64,000 nt of DNA, taken from contig CATNEN010000025.1 in the NCBI GenBank assembly GCA_950097015.1, forward strand, positions 6,572,001-6,636,000, read 5' to 3'. Origin of the DNA: Macrostomum hystrix (taxonomy: Eukaryota > Animalia > Platyhelminthes). This document shows positions 34,125 through 46,302 of the stretch, piece by piece. A program made the translations under genes and the position numbers. Under the pieces are notes generated by a model that was not told the DNA's origin, did no database searches, and saw only the letters and a program-made list of their open reading frames with translations. Within the stretch, counting starts at the first letter, position 1, and the number at the start of each line of letters is the position of its first letter.

Positions 34125-34373
34125 TAGGGTGTTTGGGGTTCGGGGTTCGGGGTCGGGTCGGGTTTTGGTACCGGGTTCGGGTTTCAGTCGGGTTTTGGTA
34201 CCGGGTTCGGGGTTTTCGTTTTTTTACGAGTTGAACGAAATTAAGCGTAAACTGAGTATTTCCAGGTCTAGTGTGTTCGGGTCGGGTTCGGGTTCGGGTA
34301 GGGTTCGGGGTTAGAGCTTCGGGTTCGGGTTCTACACCGAACCCGAAAAAAAGTGGAAACCCGAACACCCCTA
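34125..34373. mobile_element. hAT-type MITE
   Basis: 8-bp TSD CTACCAAG (34117-34124 and 34374-34381), imperfect TIRs TAGGG(G)TGTTYGGG, interior of CGGGTT/CCGAAC repeats. Confidence 0.85.
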
Positions 34374-35413
34374 CTACCAAGTGACTCTTCGTTTAATCTA
34401 CAGATTTTGGACAAAGAAAAAGCTCGTGACTACTACAAATTATCATTGGACTTCAAGTTTGTTGCAAGCTATTCCTTGATGTCTATGCAGGTAATATGTG
34501 ACCATTTTATACAGATATAGACTGTCTTTATATATGAACGGTTACAACATAAGTTGATAATCCTAAGCTTATATTCATTCCAATGTTCTATTATTTTTTC
34601 TATAATCTATAACCTCAAGGCGCAATGACAAATGTCAATAAATCAATGTCAATATTTCCCAATGCTATCTAGTTCGACGTTTGTAGCATTGGAGATTGCA
34701 GTTTTATTATCTTCTACTGCCCTCTCTGCTAGCAGGATATTGCGTCAACCCTTCGATGAAGAAAAATCTCAGTAACTGTTTGCAGTCCACTCAATGGAAT
34801 GTACACACAAAGTCGCAAAATATAGCTAATATATTACTAGTCTATAATGGGATGCTTTTTGATAGATACGTGTGCCCCTCGACGAGTATATGAAAAATTG
34901 GAAGCCGGGAATATTAGAGTCTGCAGGGATGAAAGAAGCGGGGGATGCAGGGTGGACATAAGACAAACATTTATGCTCAGAGTCTGCGATGCAAGTTTAT
35001 CATTATGCCATCCGTGAGCTTTGGCCCTAATCTAGTTCGCGGCCTCAATATTTGTATCCGCGTTCAAACTATCCGCCACTAGGTTGAGAAGTGAAAATGG
35101 AGACTTCGCCATGACTGACAGACAAGAAACTGCGAACATTATAATCTTGACTACCGGTGAAGCAAGTGTGCCCAATCTTGCCTTATTATGGGCAAAATTT
35201 TCATAAAATTCTACGCAATTAATGTATTAGTTTTTTTCTATCTTACCATACAGTCTATGCCAAAAAAGAATATTACACAGAATGCTCAATCGAGCTCTCT
35301 GCATGAATATTGCTGTGCCAAAAAGATGCGCAATTAAGCCTACTCTTTGATTGAAGAAAAGTTGGTATTGCTTTTGTCGCGCTATGATGAACAGTGGGCC
35401 CCGCGTGCAAAAC

Positions 35414-36733
35414 GGAATGGCCCATGGAATTCTATGGCCAAGCGTTTGAATTCACACGAGAAAGTAAGCCATAGACAACTCAATTTGTCATGCTACATGT
35501 AGCTCGTATATAGAACGATGAGCCAGAATAGAAGGAACGATTTTAGTTTTTCACAGAGACAACAAGACGCTTTCATTTTCTTTCGCTTGATCAGTTTAGC
35601 AATAATGGCGCACAAAATTTCTGTACGTGATCGACAGCGCATCGTCGCCGCCTTGCACCGTGGACTGTCGATGAAGGATGTGTCAGTCTTGTTAGGAGTA
35701 TCCAAAACTTCTGTTCACCGGATTCGATCAACATTCGAACAATCTGGCAGGTTGGAAGCTTTGCCTCGTGGCGGACGCAAGGAAGCAAGCTGCAAAATGG
35801 ACGCAGAGATGCGAGATTTTTTACAACATAAGGTGCAGCAAAATCCCTTTCTAATGCTAAAGTCAATGACTGAGAAGCTGAATGGACGCTTTCCTGAGAA
35901 GCCGCAGTTGAGCCTTAAAACAATTGATCGAACAATGGATGGTTTGCTCTTTACGGTTAAACTTGCTACGCTAACTTCATGCTCCACTTGGCTCCAGGAG
36001 TTCACACTGTCTACTTAGATGAGACCGGTTTTAACTTGTGAACCCGGAGGTCGCAGGCAGGTCGGCTCGTGGACACCCAGTGCACGGTGACAAACCAGAG
36101 GTGTCCTAATTAACGTTCCGGTTTGCATGGCAATTTCGTCGTAGTTCGGGTTGGTGCATTCTGTCATCCAGAGAGATGGCCAAACGCAGCAAAGGTTTCA
36201 GGAATTTTTAGACCACCTAGCAGACCGCGGCCATCAACTGGACCCTATACCGGAAACTGGATAATTATTATGGATGGCCCAAGTTTTCACCGTAATGTGC
36301 AGGAGATCCGAAAGCATCGGGACAGAATTACGACACGAATCCTACCCCCGTATTCACCATTTCTAAACCCGACCGTATTTGCTAACTCTGCGTTGAAGCT
36401 GTTGGTCAAGCAATCACAGCTGACAAGTGCGCTGGCTGGGAGCTGCACTGCAATAGATTGTTTGGATTGTGTTTGCAGCGACATCTGTTTTTTAGGGGTT
36501 GAAATTTGTTATTTTGATGCTTCAATTTCTGACTTTGAATACGATTCATTTGAATGCAACTCTGAGAAATGTTCTACTTCTGCTTGCTTTTATTCTTTCT
36601 GCAAAGAAAAACAAAAAAATCGTTCCTTCTATTCTGGCTTATCGTTCCATATGGCATGACAAATTGAGTTGTCTATGGCTTACTTTCTCGTGTGAATTCA
36701 AACGCTTGGCCACAGAATTCCATGGGCCATTCC
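35414..36733 (+). mobile_element. Decayed Tc1/IS630-type DNA transposon with long TIRs
   Basis: 80-bp inverted repeat with one mismatch (35414-35493 and 36654-36733), extending imperfectly inward, around a broken transposase. Confidence 0.8.
35606..36420 (+). pseudogene. Frameshifted Tc1/IS630-like transposase
   Basis: HTH (RQRIVAALHRGLSMKDVSVLLGVSKTSVHRI), LDETGFNL followed by a stop, IIMDGPSFH and LPPYSPFLNP in different frames; the final catalytic E is not present. Confidence 0.8.
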
Positions 36734-36750
36734 CAAAAGCAATAGCATAA

Positions 36751-37402
36751 TATACCTTTTTGCAATCTAGTTGGCCAAAACTGCGATCAATTTGGCCCAC
36801 ATGAAAAGCGAAGAGACGAAAATCTCTTTCCCAAGTTTTGCTTAGCTTAGATAAGGTTTTTCCATAGACAAAGTTGTCTAGCTGCGACCAAGTTGGCCTA
36901 AACTGCGATCAATTTGGCCCAGGTCTCTATGTCAGTGCCAAAGGAAGTGCATTCAGTGGTGCAACCACAACCAGACGTACTTTCAACGATGCTTACAGCG
37001 GGATGACATCCTTGCTTGACGGACTAATGACATGTATGCTGCAGACGAGTTCTTCAGTGCTGCCAGTGACACCCGCTTACAGCCGCCTTTGATGTTTGTT
37101 TTTGCGCTTGCTAACATTTATATTGGTTAAAGTCTGCTCATCAGCATGAATTGGGTTCAATATGTACATTCGGTAGGCATGTTTATCGTTTCTTGCACTG
37201 TTTACTTAATGAATATCCTTGAGCACAATGCAACTGATTGCTATAAGTTTACTGCTGGCCAATTTGATCGCAGTTTGTGCCAATTTGATTGCAGTTTGCG
37301 GCAGATTCTATGGTGAAATCTGGGCCACTCTGTGTTTTTTTGTCTATCTTTGGCTGGCCAAATTGATCGCAGTTTTGGCCAACTAGATCGCAAAAAGGTA
37401 TA
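36751..37402. mobile_element. Non-autonomous TIR element (MITE), TA-ended
   Basis: About 45-bp TIRs TATACCTTTTTGCRATCTAGTTGGCCAAAACTGCGATCAATTTGGCC, plus internal copies of the CTGCGATCAATTTGGCC motif. Confidence 0.75.
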
Positions 37403-37974
37403 CCATGAAATTCTTGGATCTGTGCCACAGACGATTTTTCACAATATAATTTTCCCTTTCAGCTGCCCATACAAAAGCTGCTCAGCCAGCTCATGAAGGA
37501 AAGAATAGAATCGAGTGCTATTCTGAACCAGCCATGTTTGTTGTTCTCAATTTGTGATCCAAATATTAAGGTAGGTCCATATTAGTCGCTAGCAACTCTA
37601 GCTTTAGCTAGCTAGATATTACTCAGCTCTAGCAGCTGAGTATAATTAAGTATAAATATAAGTATAAATATTTATACTTATATTTACACAGTATATATTT
37701 ACACGTTTGAATATCATAAGCCAATTTTTAAAAGCACTGTTTTTCAGTAGGACTACACCAGCAATGCAAGTTAAATACACTTTTATTGCTCGTGTTTCCA
37801 TTGACTTTAGGTTGTCAATAATTCGTACTACTTACAATCTTCATCCCAAGAGTAGGCTTGTGGCATTTTAATTCGCCCGGATAGTAGCGCAGTAGTCGTA
37901 ATTGCACCTTAAGTAAGTTAATGCTGTTGAAATGAGATCTTAAAAACTCTTGCTCAAATACTTAATAATGTCGA

Positions 37975-39385
37975 GTTCAAACAAACATCTTGCTGGCTAG
38001 CATCCTTCTGACAAACACCCTGGTGACTAGAATCATTCTGACAAACATCCTTCTGGCTAGCATCCTTCTGACAAACACCCTGGTGACTAGAATCATTCTG
38101 ACAAACATCCTTCTGGCTAGCATCCTTCTGACAAACACCCTGGTGACTAGAATCATTCTGACAAACATCCTTCTGGCTAGCATCCTTCTGACAAACACCC
38201 TGGTGACTAGAATCATTCTGACAAACATCCTTCTGGCTAGCATCCTTCTGACAAACACCCTCGTGACTAGAATCCTTCTGACAAACATCCTACTTGTTAG
38301 CATCCTTCTGACAAACATCCTTCTTGTTAGCATCCTTCTGGCAAGCATACTACAATTGCTAGCATCCTTCTGACAAACATACTACAATTGCTAGCATCCT
38401 TCTGACAAACATACTACAATTGCTAGCATCCTTCTGACAAACATCCTACTTGTTTGCATCCTTCTGACAAACATCCTACTTGTTTGCATCCTTCTGACAA
38501 ACATCCTACTTGCTAGCATCCTTCTGACAAACATCCTACTTGCTAGCATCCTTCTGACAAACATCCTACAATTGCTAGCATCCTTCTGACAAACATCCTA
38601 CAATTGCTAGCATCCTTCTGACAAACATCCTACTTGTTAGCATCCTTCTGACAAACACCCTGGTGACTAGAATCATTCTGATAAACATCCTACTTGTTAT
38701 CATCCTTCTGACAAACATCCTACTTGCTAGCATCCTTCTGACAAACATCCTACAATTGCTAGCATCCTTCTGACAAACATCCTACTTGTTAGCATCCTTC
38801 TGACAAACACCCTGGTGACTAGAATCATTCTGACAAACATCCTACTTGTTATCATCCTTCTGACAAACATCCTACTTGCTAGCATCCTTCTGACAAACAT
38901 CCTACAATTGCTAGCATCCTTCTGACAAACATCCTACTTGTTAGCATCCTTCTGACAAACACCCTGGTGACTAGAATCATTCTGACAAACATCCTACTTG
39001 TTAGCATCCTTCTGACAAACATCCTACTTGTTAGCATCCTTCTGACAAACATCCTACTTGTTAGCATCCTTCTGACAAACATCCTACTTGTTTGCATCCT
39101 TCTGACAAACATCCTACTTGTTAGCATCCTTCTGACAAACACCCTGGTGACTAGAATCATTCTGACAAACATCCTACTTGTTAGCATCCTTCTGACAAAC
39201 ACCCTGGTGACTAGAATCATTCTGACAAACATCCTTCTGGCTAGCATCCTTCTGACAAACACCCTGGTGACTAGAATCATTCTGAAAAACATCCTTCTGG
39301 CTAGCATCCTTCTGACAAACACCCTGGTGACTAGAATCATTCTGACAAACATCCTACTTGTTAGCATCCTTCTGACAAACATCCT
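37975..39385. repeat. 30-bp minisatellite with 60-bp higher-order unit (TAGCATCCTTCTGACAAACATCCTACTTGT)
   Basis: About 47 units; a perfect 60-bp period is visible at 37981-38260. Confidence 0.95.
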
Positions 39386-39967
39386 TCGTCCTGAAACAGT
39401 ATAAGCATCTAATTTTTTCCAAAGAAACACCAAAGTTCAGTTTCAAAAGTAAATTTTGTATTTTTTAGAAAAATAGTGTTTTACAATGAGAGGAGTTGAT
39501 AGAGCAAGGAAAAATATATAAATTACCGAATTGGTGTTTCTAAACGCTTCTTGTATTTTTGTTAAAGTAATTATCAAGGAAAATATTTCGTTTTGCCACC
39601 ACAAAAATAGGACCAAAAACATAGTCATAGACTGTCGCACATAAAGGTTTCATCTAGCAAAAGAAAAGCGAAACTACCCTATAGCTTATTCCGAATACAT
39701 GCGATGAATTAATTTGCAGATTCATTAGCATAAAAGACTACGATAAAATGAGCGAATTTCACCAGATGTGTGCAGCCATTTTCTGCATCTGAAACAAGCT
39801 TTGATATTCCTTAGTACGATTGTTGACACTTGTTTGCTGCTTACAGATAGAGTCTGGTCTGAAAAAACGTCTGAATTTGTACCCTTGGTCTGGCTAATCC
39901 ACACTAATCCAAAGTTATAATGGACCCAACGAGCTCCACGAGCTCAGCGCTTCGCGCCCATCCAACT

Positions 39968-40579
39968 TCAGAACCAGGAGTCCTGCACTTTAGCCTTGAA
40001 CTCCTGCGGCGCATCCAGTTTGAGATTGGCCCGCCCAACATCCTCGGTAGCTGCCGGCGTCTCGTCTTCGTCGTCGCCGAACGCGTCTGGATCCGCATTG
40101 GCACCGCCGGCGTCGTCGCGTGCGGCGTATTTGCGTCGGTGCTCCTCCTCGAGTCGGCGACGCTCGACACGGTCGCGACAGCAGATGAGGCTCTCCTCCA
40201 GTTTGTGCTGTTTTGGTCGCCAGGCGTCCTCGATGCGGCCGATGCAGGGCCAGGTGTCGCGATCGCACCAGGTGCAGATGTAGACCACGAGGCCGATAGC
40301 CACCGCGACGCCGATGATGCCAAAAGCGATCTTCAGCATGCGGCCGGTCTCGGTAGGCTTGCAGCAGCCCAGCTCACCGCCCACCGTGCAGCATTCTGTG
40401 CGGCCCTCCTTGGCGGCATCGGAGGTTATGCAGTCCTGATAGTTGTCCTTAGAGTATGGCAGCTTGTTGTCCTTTAAGCATTTCGAATTGAAGCCGGCCG
40501 GCAGATCCTCAGCGGCAAAAGCCAACTGCAGCAGGGCAAGCAGCAGCAGCAGCAGCAGCAGCTCTGGTAGCTGACGCAT
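39968..40579 (-). CDS. Single-pass type I membrane protein with six-cysteine ectodomain (Shisa-like/WBP1-VOPP1-type pattern)
   Basis: 203 aa, single exon. Signal peptide MRQLPELLLLLLLLALLQLAFA, ectodomain C-C-CC-CC, TM IAFGIIGVAVAIGLVVYI, juxtamembrane Cys (CTWC, PC, ICC), charged tail. Confidence 0.82.
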   Translation of the reverse strand: MRQLPELLLLLLLLALLQLAFAAEDLPAGFNSKCLKDNKLPYSKDNYQDCITSDAAKEGRTECCTVGGELGCCKPTETGRMLKIAFGIIGVAVAIGLVVYICTWCDRDTWPCIGRIEDAWRPKQHKLEESLICCRDRVERRRLEEEHRRKYAARDDAGGANADPDAFGDDEDETPAATEDVGRANLKLDAPQEFKAKVQDSWF

Positions 40580-41329
40580 TGTGCAGTGTAGTCAGATCTG
40601 TCTACTGTCAGATAACTAAACAGAACTTAGTCAATCTCGCTTCAATTTTATCTCCCCTACCAGCATCTCGTTGCTACCTGGCGATGCTGCATTTGTATGC
40701 AGCACTTCGCATTGTTTTCTGGACCCTCATCTCTTTCTCTCCTCCTTCTGAACACCGATAGCGCCCAGGCTCAACAATTGCTGTCGCTTCTCTCGCTGAC
40801 TGCAGCCAGACTCCAGAATCTCTTCCTCTCTGTCCATGGAGCCGATCGATGGCATGGGAGAGAGATGAAGCTGCACTGCAGCCTCCGGGTCCCGTCAGAT
40901 CCCCAAACTGTTTGCTCATTCTTCCCCAGTCTCAAAGAGAATGAGAGCAGCTGAGAAGACGGACGTCGGAGCAGGTAGAAGAGGAGGGCGTTTTGTTGCT
41001 GTTCATTGCTATTGGCAACTAAAAGCCAGGACGCGATGAAGAGAGAAAAAGAGAGCTGAAATGGAAGGACTGATTGGCTTCGCAGCATCTCATGCGTAAC
41101 ATCCATTGCCACCTTATGGCACTCACTCAAACACGCTCATACACACACACTTACTCAGTTTGCTCAACACAAAGCTGTATATTCTTAACTTTTTTTAAAG
41201 AGGGATTATCTTTAGGCTAGGGGTAAATGCGATATGTTTACTCTGTTGCTGCACACAGCTACACTGAGAAGTCATTATTTTTAACGTCATACCTACATCA
41301 CATATATTATTTTTATCTCACCTGCCCTC

Positions 41330-41630
41330 TCTCTCCCTCAGCTCTCGCTACATTCTCTCTACCTCATCTGCCTTCTCTCTACCTCACCTGCTTTCTCTCT
41401 ACCTCACCTGCCTTCTCTCTACCTCACCTTCCTTCTCTCTACCTCACCTGCCTTCTCTCTACCTCACCTGCCTTCTCTCTACCTCACCTGCCTTCTCTCT
41501 ACCTCACCTGCCTTCTCTCTACCTCACCTGCCTTCTCTCTACCTCACCTGCCTTCTCTCTACCTCACCTGCCTTCTCTCTACCTCACCTGCCTTCTCTCT
41601 ACCTCACCTGCCTTCTCTCTACCTTAATTA
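41330..41630. repeat. 20-bp pyrimidine-rich repeat (ACCTCACCTGCCTTCTCTCT)
   Basis: About 15 copies. Confidence 0.93.
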
Positions 41631-42809
41631 GCATCTCTACCTCACCTTTATTCGGTCTTAGAAAAAAGTAATTTCTTTACCTATAGTATCTATTCATTTT
41701 TTCCAAGTCTTTGATTAGGTATATCTTTAAAGTCGAAAAAACTAGCAAGAACTCAATAAAATCATTGATAATTTCTTCGCGCAGATCTGTGATAAGACAA
41801 GCATAAAAAAAATAATAGGCAATTTAATAGACTCATCTGTAATTAATTTAGTACTGTTTTCAACAGAAGGCAATCAATTAATTTTTCATAGACCGCGATT
41901 GTGTTAATGCAGAATAATGCACATATATAGTTAATAGATATAGCGTTTTTCATATAAGACCATTGTATATGGATGCGGGTGACCCTTTAACCAAAATACC
42001 GATAGCAATATGACGCGTTTAACAATGACCACTTTTTTAATAAATAAAATCTGAAAAAATACATATATCCACATGGCTACGACAGCCAATTCACAGTGTT
42101 TTGTGACATTGTTTTGACAGCTCGAAATGTTTTTCCAAAGGTCACACCTTTAGCCTGAGGCGAGTACTAGTAACAACAACAACAAACAATCACACCAAAA
42201 GGACTCATGAAGCAGTGGCGCATAGCAGACTATCGATAACTAATTATGTGCAACACCAAGATTTGTTACGAAAATGTGGTAAGAATCGGATTAAAGTTAA
42301 CTTGCGCTCGGCAAAATGACGGACTACAAAAAATAAACAAATTGAGATTTAAATTCTCCAACAAAACTAATTAAGAAACTCCATTGTTGTTAGTAGTATG
42401 ATTAGGTTTTTTAATTTACCTATACTCCGTGAATGCAACTAGAGCTATCAGTTTAAATGAGACATTTGTGTTGGGGTTCAAATATATATTTCAGTTTCGT
42501 AACCCATTTCCTACTTAGTTCTAAGAAATAGTTCTTCACTAATTCCATATTTTTCTTTGAATTCTGGAATACTCAGGGAGAGATAAAAATAGACAATTAT
42601 ACTCGTAGAACATAATAGCTGGATTTTAGTGTCAGAATGACTCTGTGCTCGATATTAGTTAACGAAAAATAACAACCATGTATATATATATGGATATATC
42701 TAACTGCATTCATTAAGTTAATAATAATTTAGAGTAACGCACTGACAAATATATATTCGACAGCTGACAGCTGGAAGGCTGTGGAATTTGATGCCGATCG
42801 ACTGCCACC

Positions 42810-42842
42810 TCAGACACCGACCATCCTTCTGGCTGTGAGGCC
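42810..42842 (-). CDS. Ferlin terminal coding exon
   Basis: ttttttttcAG|GLTARRMVGV*; phase 0 matches the preceding exon. Confidence 0.8.
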   Translation of the reverse strand, partial: GLTARRMVGV

Positions 42843-42962
42843 CTGAAAAAAAGAAACAAAAGAAAGATAATGTCAGAAAAAGTCAGCTAGTCATCTGGAT
42901 TCGTAAAAATCGGCATTTTCTGCGAAATATTAGGCATATGAGTATCTGTTAATTAGCCCTTA

Positions 42963-43110
42963 GCGCCAATTGGACAGCAAGCTTGTAGCCAATGGGAATG
43001 AGTCTAGCGCCGATTGGACAATAAGCTCATAGCCAATGGGAATGCGTCTAGCGCCGATTGAAGAACAAGTTTATAGCCAATGGGAATGAGTCCTGCGCCG
43101 ATTGGACGAA
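42963..43110. repeat. 44-bp tandem repeat containing ATTGG and CCAAT
   Basis: Units start at 42963, 43007, 43051 and 43095. Confidence 0.8.
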
Positions 43111-43706
43111 TTGCTATGACACCTTTATGTTCATTTCTATTTGGTCATAGGGGTGAGCCTGGAGCACTTCATTGGCCATTTACTTAACAGCCAATAGGTG
43201 CCTTGGTAAATACTCGTACAAACGTTACAACTGGTAGACACCATCTTCTATTTTATTATGAAAGAATAAATGTTTAAATGCGCTTGTAATTTGGTTATTG
43301 GTCACAACAATTATGGAATAACAACGAAGTTATTAATTACTAGTTACTAATTAAGTTAGTTAGAAGAAGAAGAAGAAGAAGTTAGCTAGAAGTTACTAAT
43401 TAAAAAATATTCGTATATTTTAACAATATAATATCCTGCTTTAGTATTTACTTCTAGTGTTACAAGTGCACAATTAAGACTGTGATTTCGAGTATTACCA
43501 TGCCTGTTTAAACACCAACTACTTTTCTAGCAATAAGGCCCTGAAAATAGTGAGAAGGAGAGACGAATTAGAAAAAAATTCCCAAGCAGCAGGAAATTTG
43601 GTGGTTCGCTTGACTTAATGGCTTTTGAGTCAAGATAGAATGAGGGGTAGGGGGAGATTATGCAAGGAAAGGATGAGATGATAATATAATAATAATAATT
43701 GCAGGA

Positions 43707-44047
43707 GGGCTGCGGGCAATGGCACATCATTTTGGTGATACTAGACCCGCAGCCAGCGAGGAGGCAATTCTGCCCATTTCGCTGACTCCTGAGCACACAC
43801 GCACACATACTGTACGCAGGCATACGCTCACACAGGGGGTGTGTACATCTGCCCTGACTTTCTCATCGTCAGGCAGTGTACATTTAACTGTGCCTTGGAG
43901 GTTGGCCCTCAAGGGGGTATATTGCACGACAAGCCCCCAAGCCTTCTCTCCGCGGCTGCGCCCCAAATAAATGTGGCGTCGCCGTGGAATCGAACTTAAG
44001 GACCGTGGTGCGAGAGGTAAATGCGTTAACCGCTCTGCCACCGACCC
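43707..44047 (-). mobile_element. tRNA-derived SINE family 2, full-length copy
   Basis: Homologous to 17395-17735; head GGTGGCAGAGCGGTT...AAGTTCGATTCC, (ATT)n tail at 43680-43700. Confidence 0.8.
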
Positions 44048-44220
44048 CCCAAGGATGAGATGATGAGAGGTAGGTAGACATTATGACATTATGAGTGTCT
44101 CTTTTCTCTCATTATGATGAGAGATGAGAGATAAAGAGATGATGAGATTCTTCTGTCTCGAATTCGCATATTTCTACTGTAAGTAGATAGTTTCGCAATT
44201 AGAATTCAATCGAAGCTCAC

Positions 44221-44368
44221 CGGAATGGCATAGATGAAGAGCACAAGCAGCAGGCCGAAGACAACGGTCAGCAGGCCGCCGATGATGTACCACTTGAAGT
44301 TCTTCCACACAATGTACTTGAAAGTCTTCCACGGCGATGTAAACCACAGGAAGGACGTTTCTGGACGA
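44221..44368 (-). CDS. Ferlin exon: C-terminal transmembrane helix
   Basis: (N)[49 protein letters not shown]. Confidence 0.92.
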
Positions 44369-44451
44369 CTGAAGTAGGTAGAATGAAAACGGAACGCTTT
44401 GCAATGGACAATGTACTATTCAAAAGTTTTCACGACCAAAAAGCAGCTCAC

Positions 44452-44561
44452 TTGGGCGGGTCCAGGTGCGGGTTCTCGTTCGGCTCGTCCTGACCGAGTC
44501 CGGCTGGCCTGAGGGCGGCCTCCTCGGCTGTCAGGAGTTCGAGCTCCATCTCCACTTTGCC
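44452..44561 (-). CDS. Ferlin exon: pre-TM region
   Basis: GKVEMELELLTAEEAALRPAGLGQDEPNENPHLDPP. Confidence 0.92.
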
Positions 44562-44990
44562 CTGTGGGATCCGATGTACAAATGTATGTACATGTGTACA
44601 AATTAATTAGAAACTATTGAATCATATAGGTTAGGTGTCGACGTAAAATAAAAAGTGTTATTTATACTGCTTATAGTGCCAATCGATGAGTAGTATGTAT
44701 AGCTGGTGCTGTTGATCAAATCAGAAATTCGTCTTTATTATAGTGTTCAAACGAATGTCTTAAAATCTACGAATCGTTAGAAAACGAACACGAGAGTTAA
44801 AATAAGATTGAATTTGAGAGTTGTCAAAAAACAGAAAAACATTTTTACTGCTGCGCGATGTCTGCGACCCTGAAAATTGGCGAGCATCGTGAAAAGTTGT
44901 TTCCAGCTAGTTACTCAAACATACTTTGATGGTCAAAGTGCCATAATTACTCCTCCCTCTACTCAGGGTAAGGGGTGCCTGCTCAGGGAA

Positions 44991-45085
44991 GGAGGTTGTA
45001 GCCTTGTGGTTAGAGGTCAGGGGTTCGATTCCAGACTCCACTGGAACAATTTGTGTCCTCTAGCAAGACACTTAATTCTGCATAA
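44991..45085 (+). mobile_element. SINE family 1, truncated copy
   Basis: GGAGGTTGTAGCCTTGTGG...GGTTCGATTCC...AGACACTTAA, with the anticodon-arm region deleted. Confidence 0.7.
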
Positions 45086-45350
45086 TCGTGTTAAAAGGGC
45101 TAATCGACAAGAATCGCTGAATATCTCGACGATGCTGACTCGGGCGGCTTTGAAAGTTAGTTCATTGTAAAGGATGGAAAAAATTGATTCAGATGGTGGA
45201 CTTTTACGAAAATCGGTCATTCAGTGTAGGAGTCATACCGCCGTAGTCTTTCTACTGTTAACAAATTTAAAATCGACCAGCATCCACCAATACTTTTGTA
45301 AAATCTTGCAACATTTCAAACAACGTCTACCAATTTCATCATCTGCTCAC

Positions 45351-45773
45351 CGTGAGTCGCTCGTCCTCCGGCTTCTCGTCGTTCACGCAGGGCCAGTAGC
45401 CGTAGGCGCGCTTGCACTCGAACAGGTTGATCATCTTCACATCCTTGTTGTAGGCCGGCAGCTGGTCGACGCTGCACTGCCCGGATTTCTTCTTTGGCGC
45501 CGGCATGCTGGACAAGTTGAGCTCCAGGGTCCCCAGGAAGTCGTCCGCCGAGAACTTGTCATTGTCCCAGATCTGGATGACCAGGTTGGGCGGCAGGAAC
45601 TGCTCGGTGGCGTCTAGAGAAAAGATGTGCTCCTTCTTCTTCACCACCATCACATTCTCGGTGGGCAGGTACTGCATGGGAAACTTGAAGCGCCAGTTAA
45701 AGTTGCCCTCGCCGTCGAGGCTGCGGTAGTGCACGTCGGTTTCCTGCTTCTCGTCAATGCCAGCCAGCCAGCC
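45351..45773 (-). CDS. Ferlin exon: last C2 domain
   Basis: GWLAGIDEKQETDVHYRSLDGEGNFNWRFKFP...IQIWDNDKFSADDFLG. Confidence 0.93.
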
Positions 45774-45954
45774 CTAAGGTGAGGCGGAGCGGACACCGGG
45801 AATCGATCGGAGTAGGGTTCTGTGGTGTACTTATCTGCGAGTACATTGTTAAGTCTGGCAAAAAAGACTCTTGACATCGAATAGGTCTTAAAATGTCGTC
45901 TAGAAAACGAAGTTTGGAGTGGAGCGATACAAGAGAGATGAGAAACAGCAGAGA

Positions 45955-46170
45955 CAGAGAAACAGAGACAGGGGAGAGATAAGACGGAGAGATGAGACAG
46001 GGGAGATGAGATCGGGAGGGATGAGACAGGGAGAGATGAGACACGGGAGAGATGAGACATGGGAGAGATGAGACATGGGAGAGATGAGACATGGGAGAGA
46101 TGAGACATGGGAGAGATGAGACACGGGCGAGATGAGACGCGGGAGAGAGGAGACACGGGAGAGATGAGAC
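45955..46170. repeat. 16-bp purine-rich repeat (GAGACATGGGAGAGAT)
   Basis: Tandem copies in a ferlin intron. Confidence 0.9.
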
Positions 46171-46302
46171 AGGCGAGGGGTTGTTCCTGAAGGACCAGGC
46201 GTGGATTCAGGAGCATTGTGGACCGTAGCTGTGTGGGCCGGACCCAAGTCAGGCCAAGTCATTGATTTCCAACTCCGCTAGAGGTCGCAATAAAAATCCT
46301 AC

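Noticed and set aside
34125-34373. Interstitial telomeric repeat
   Set aside because: The unit is GGGTTC rather than TTAGGG, and the block has TIRs and an 8-bp TSD.
39920-40477. 185-aa + strand ORF with hydrophobic stretches
   Set aside because: Fully antisense to the 203-aa protein, which has the coherent signal peptide, cysteine pattern and TM.
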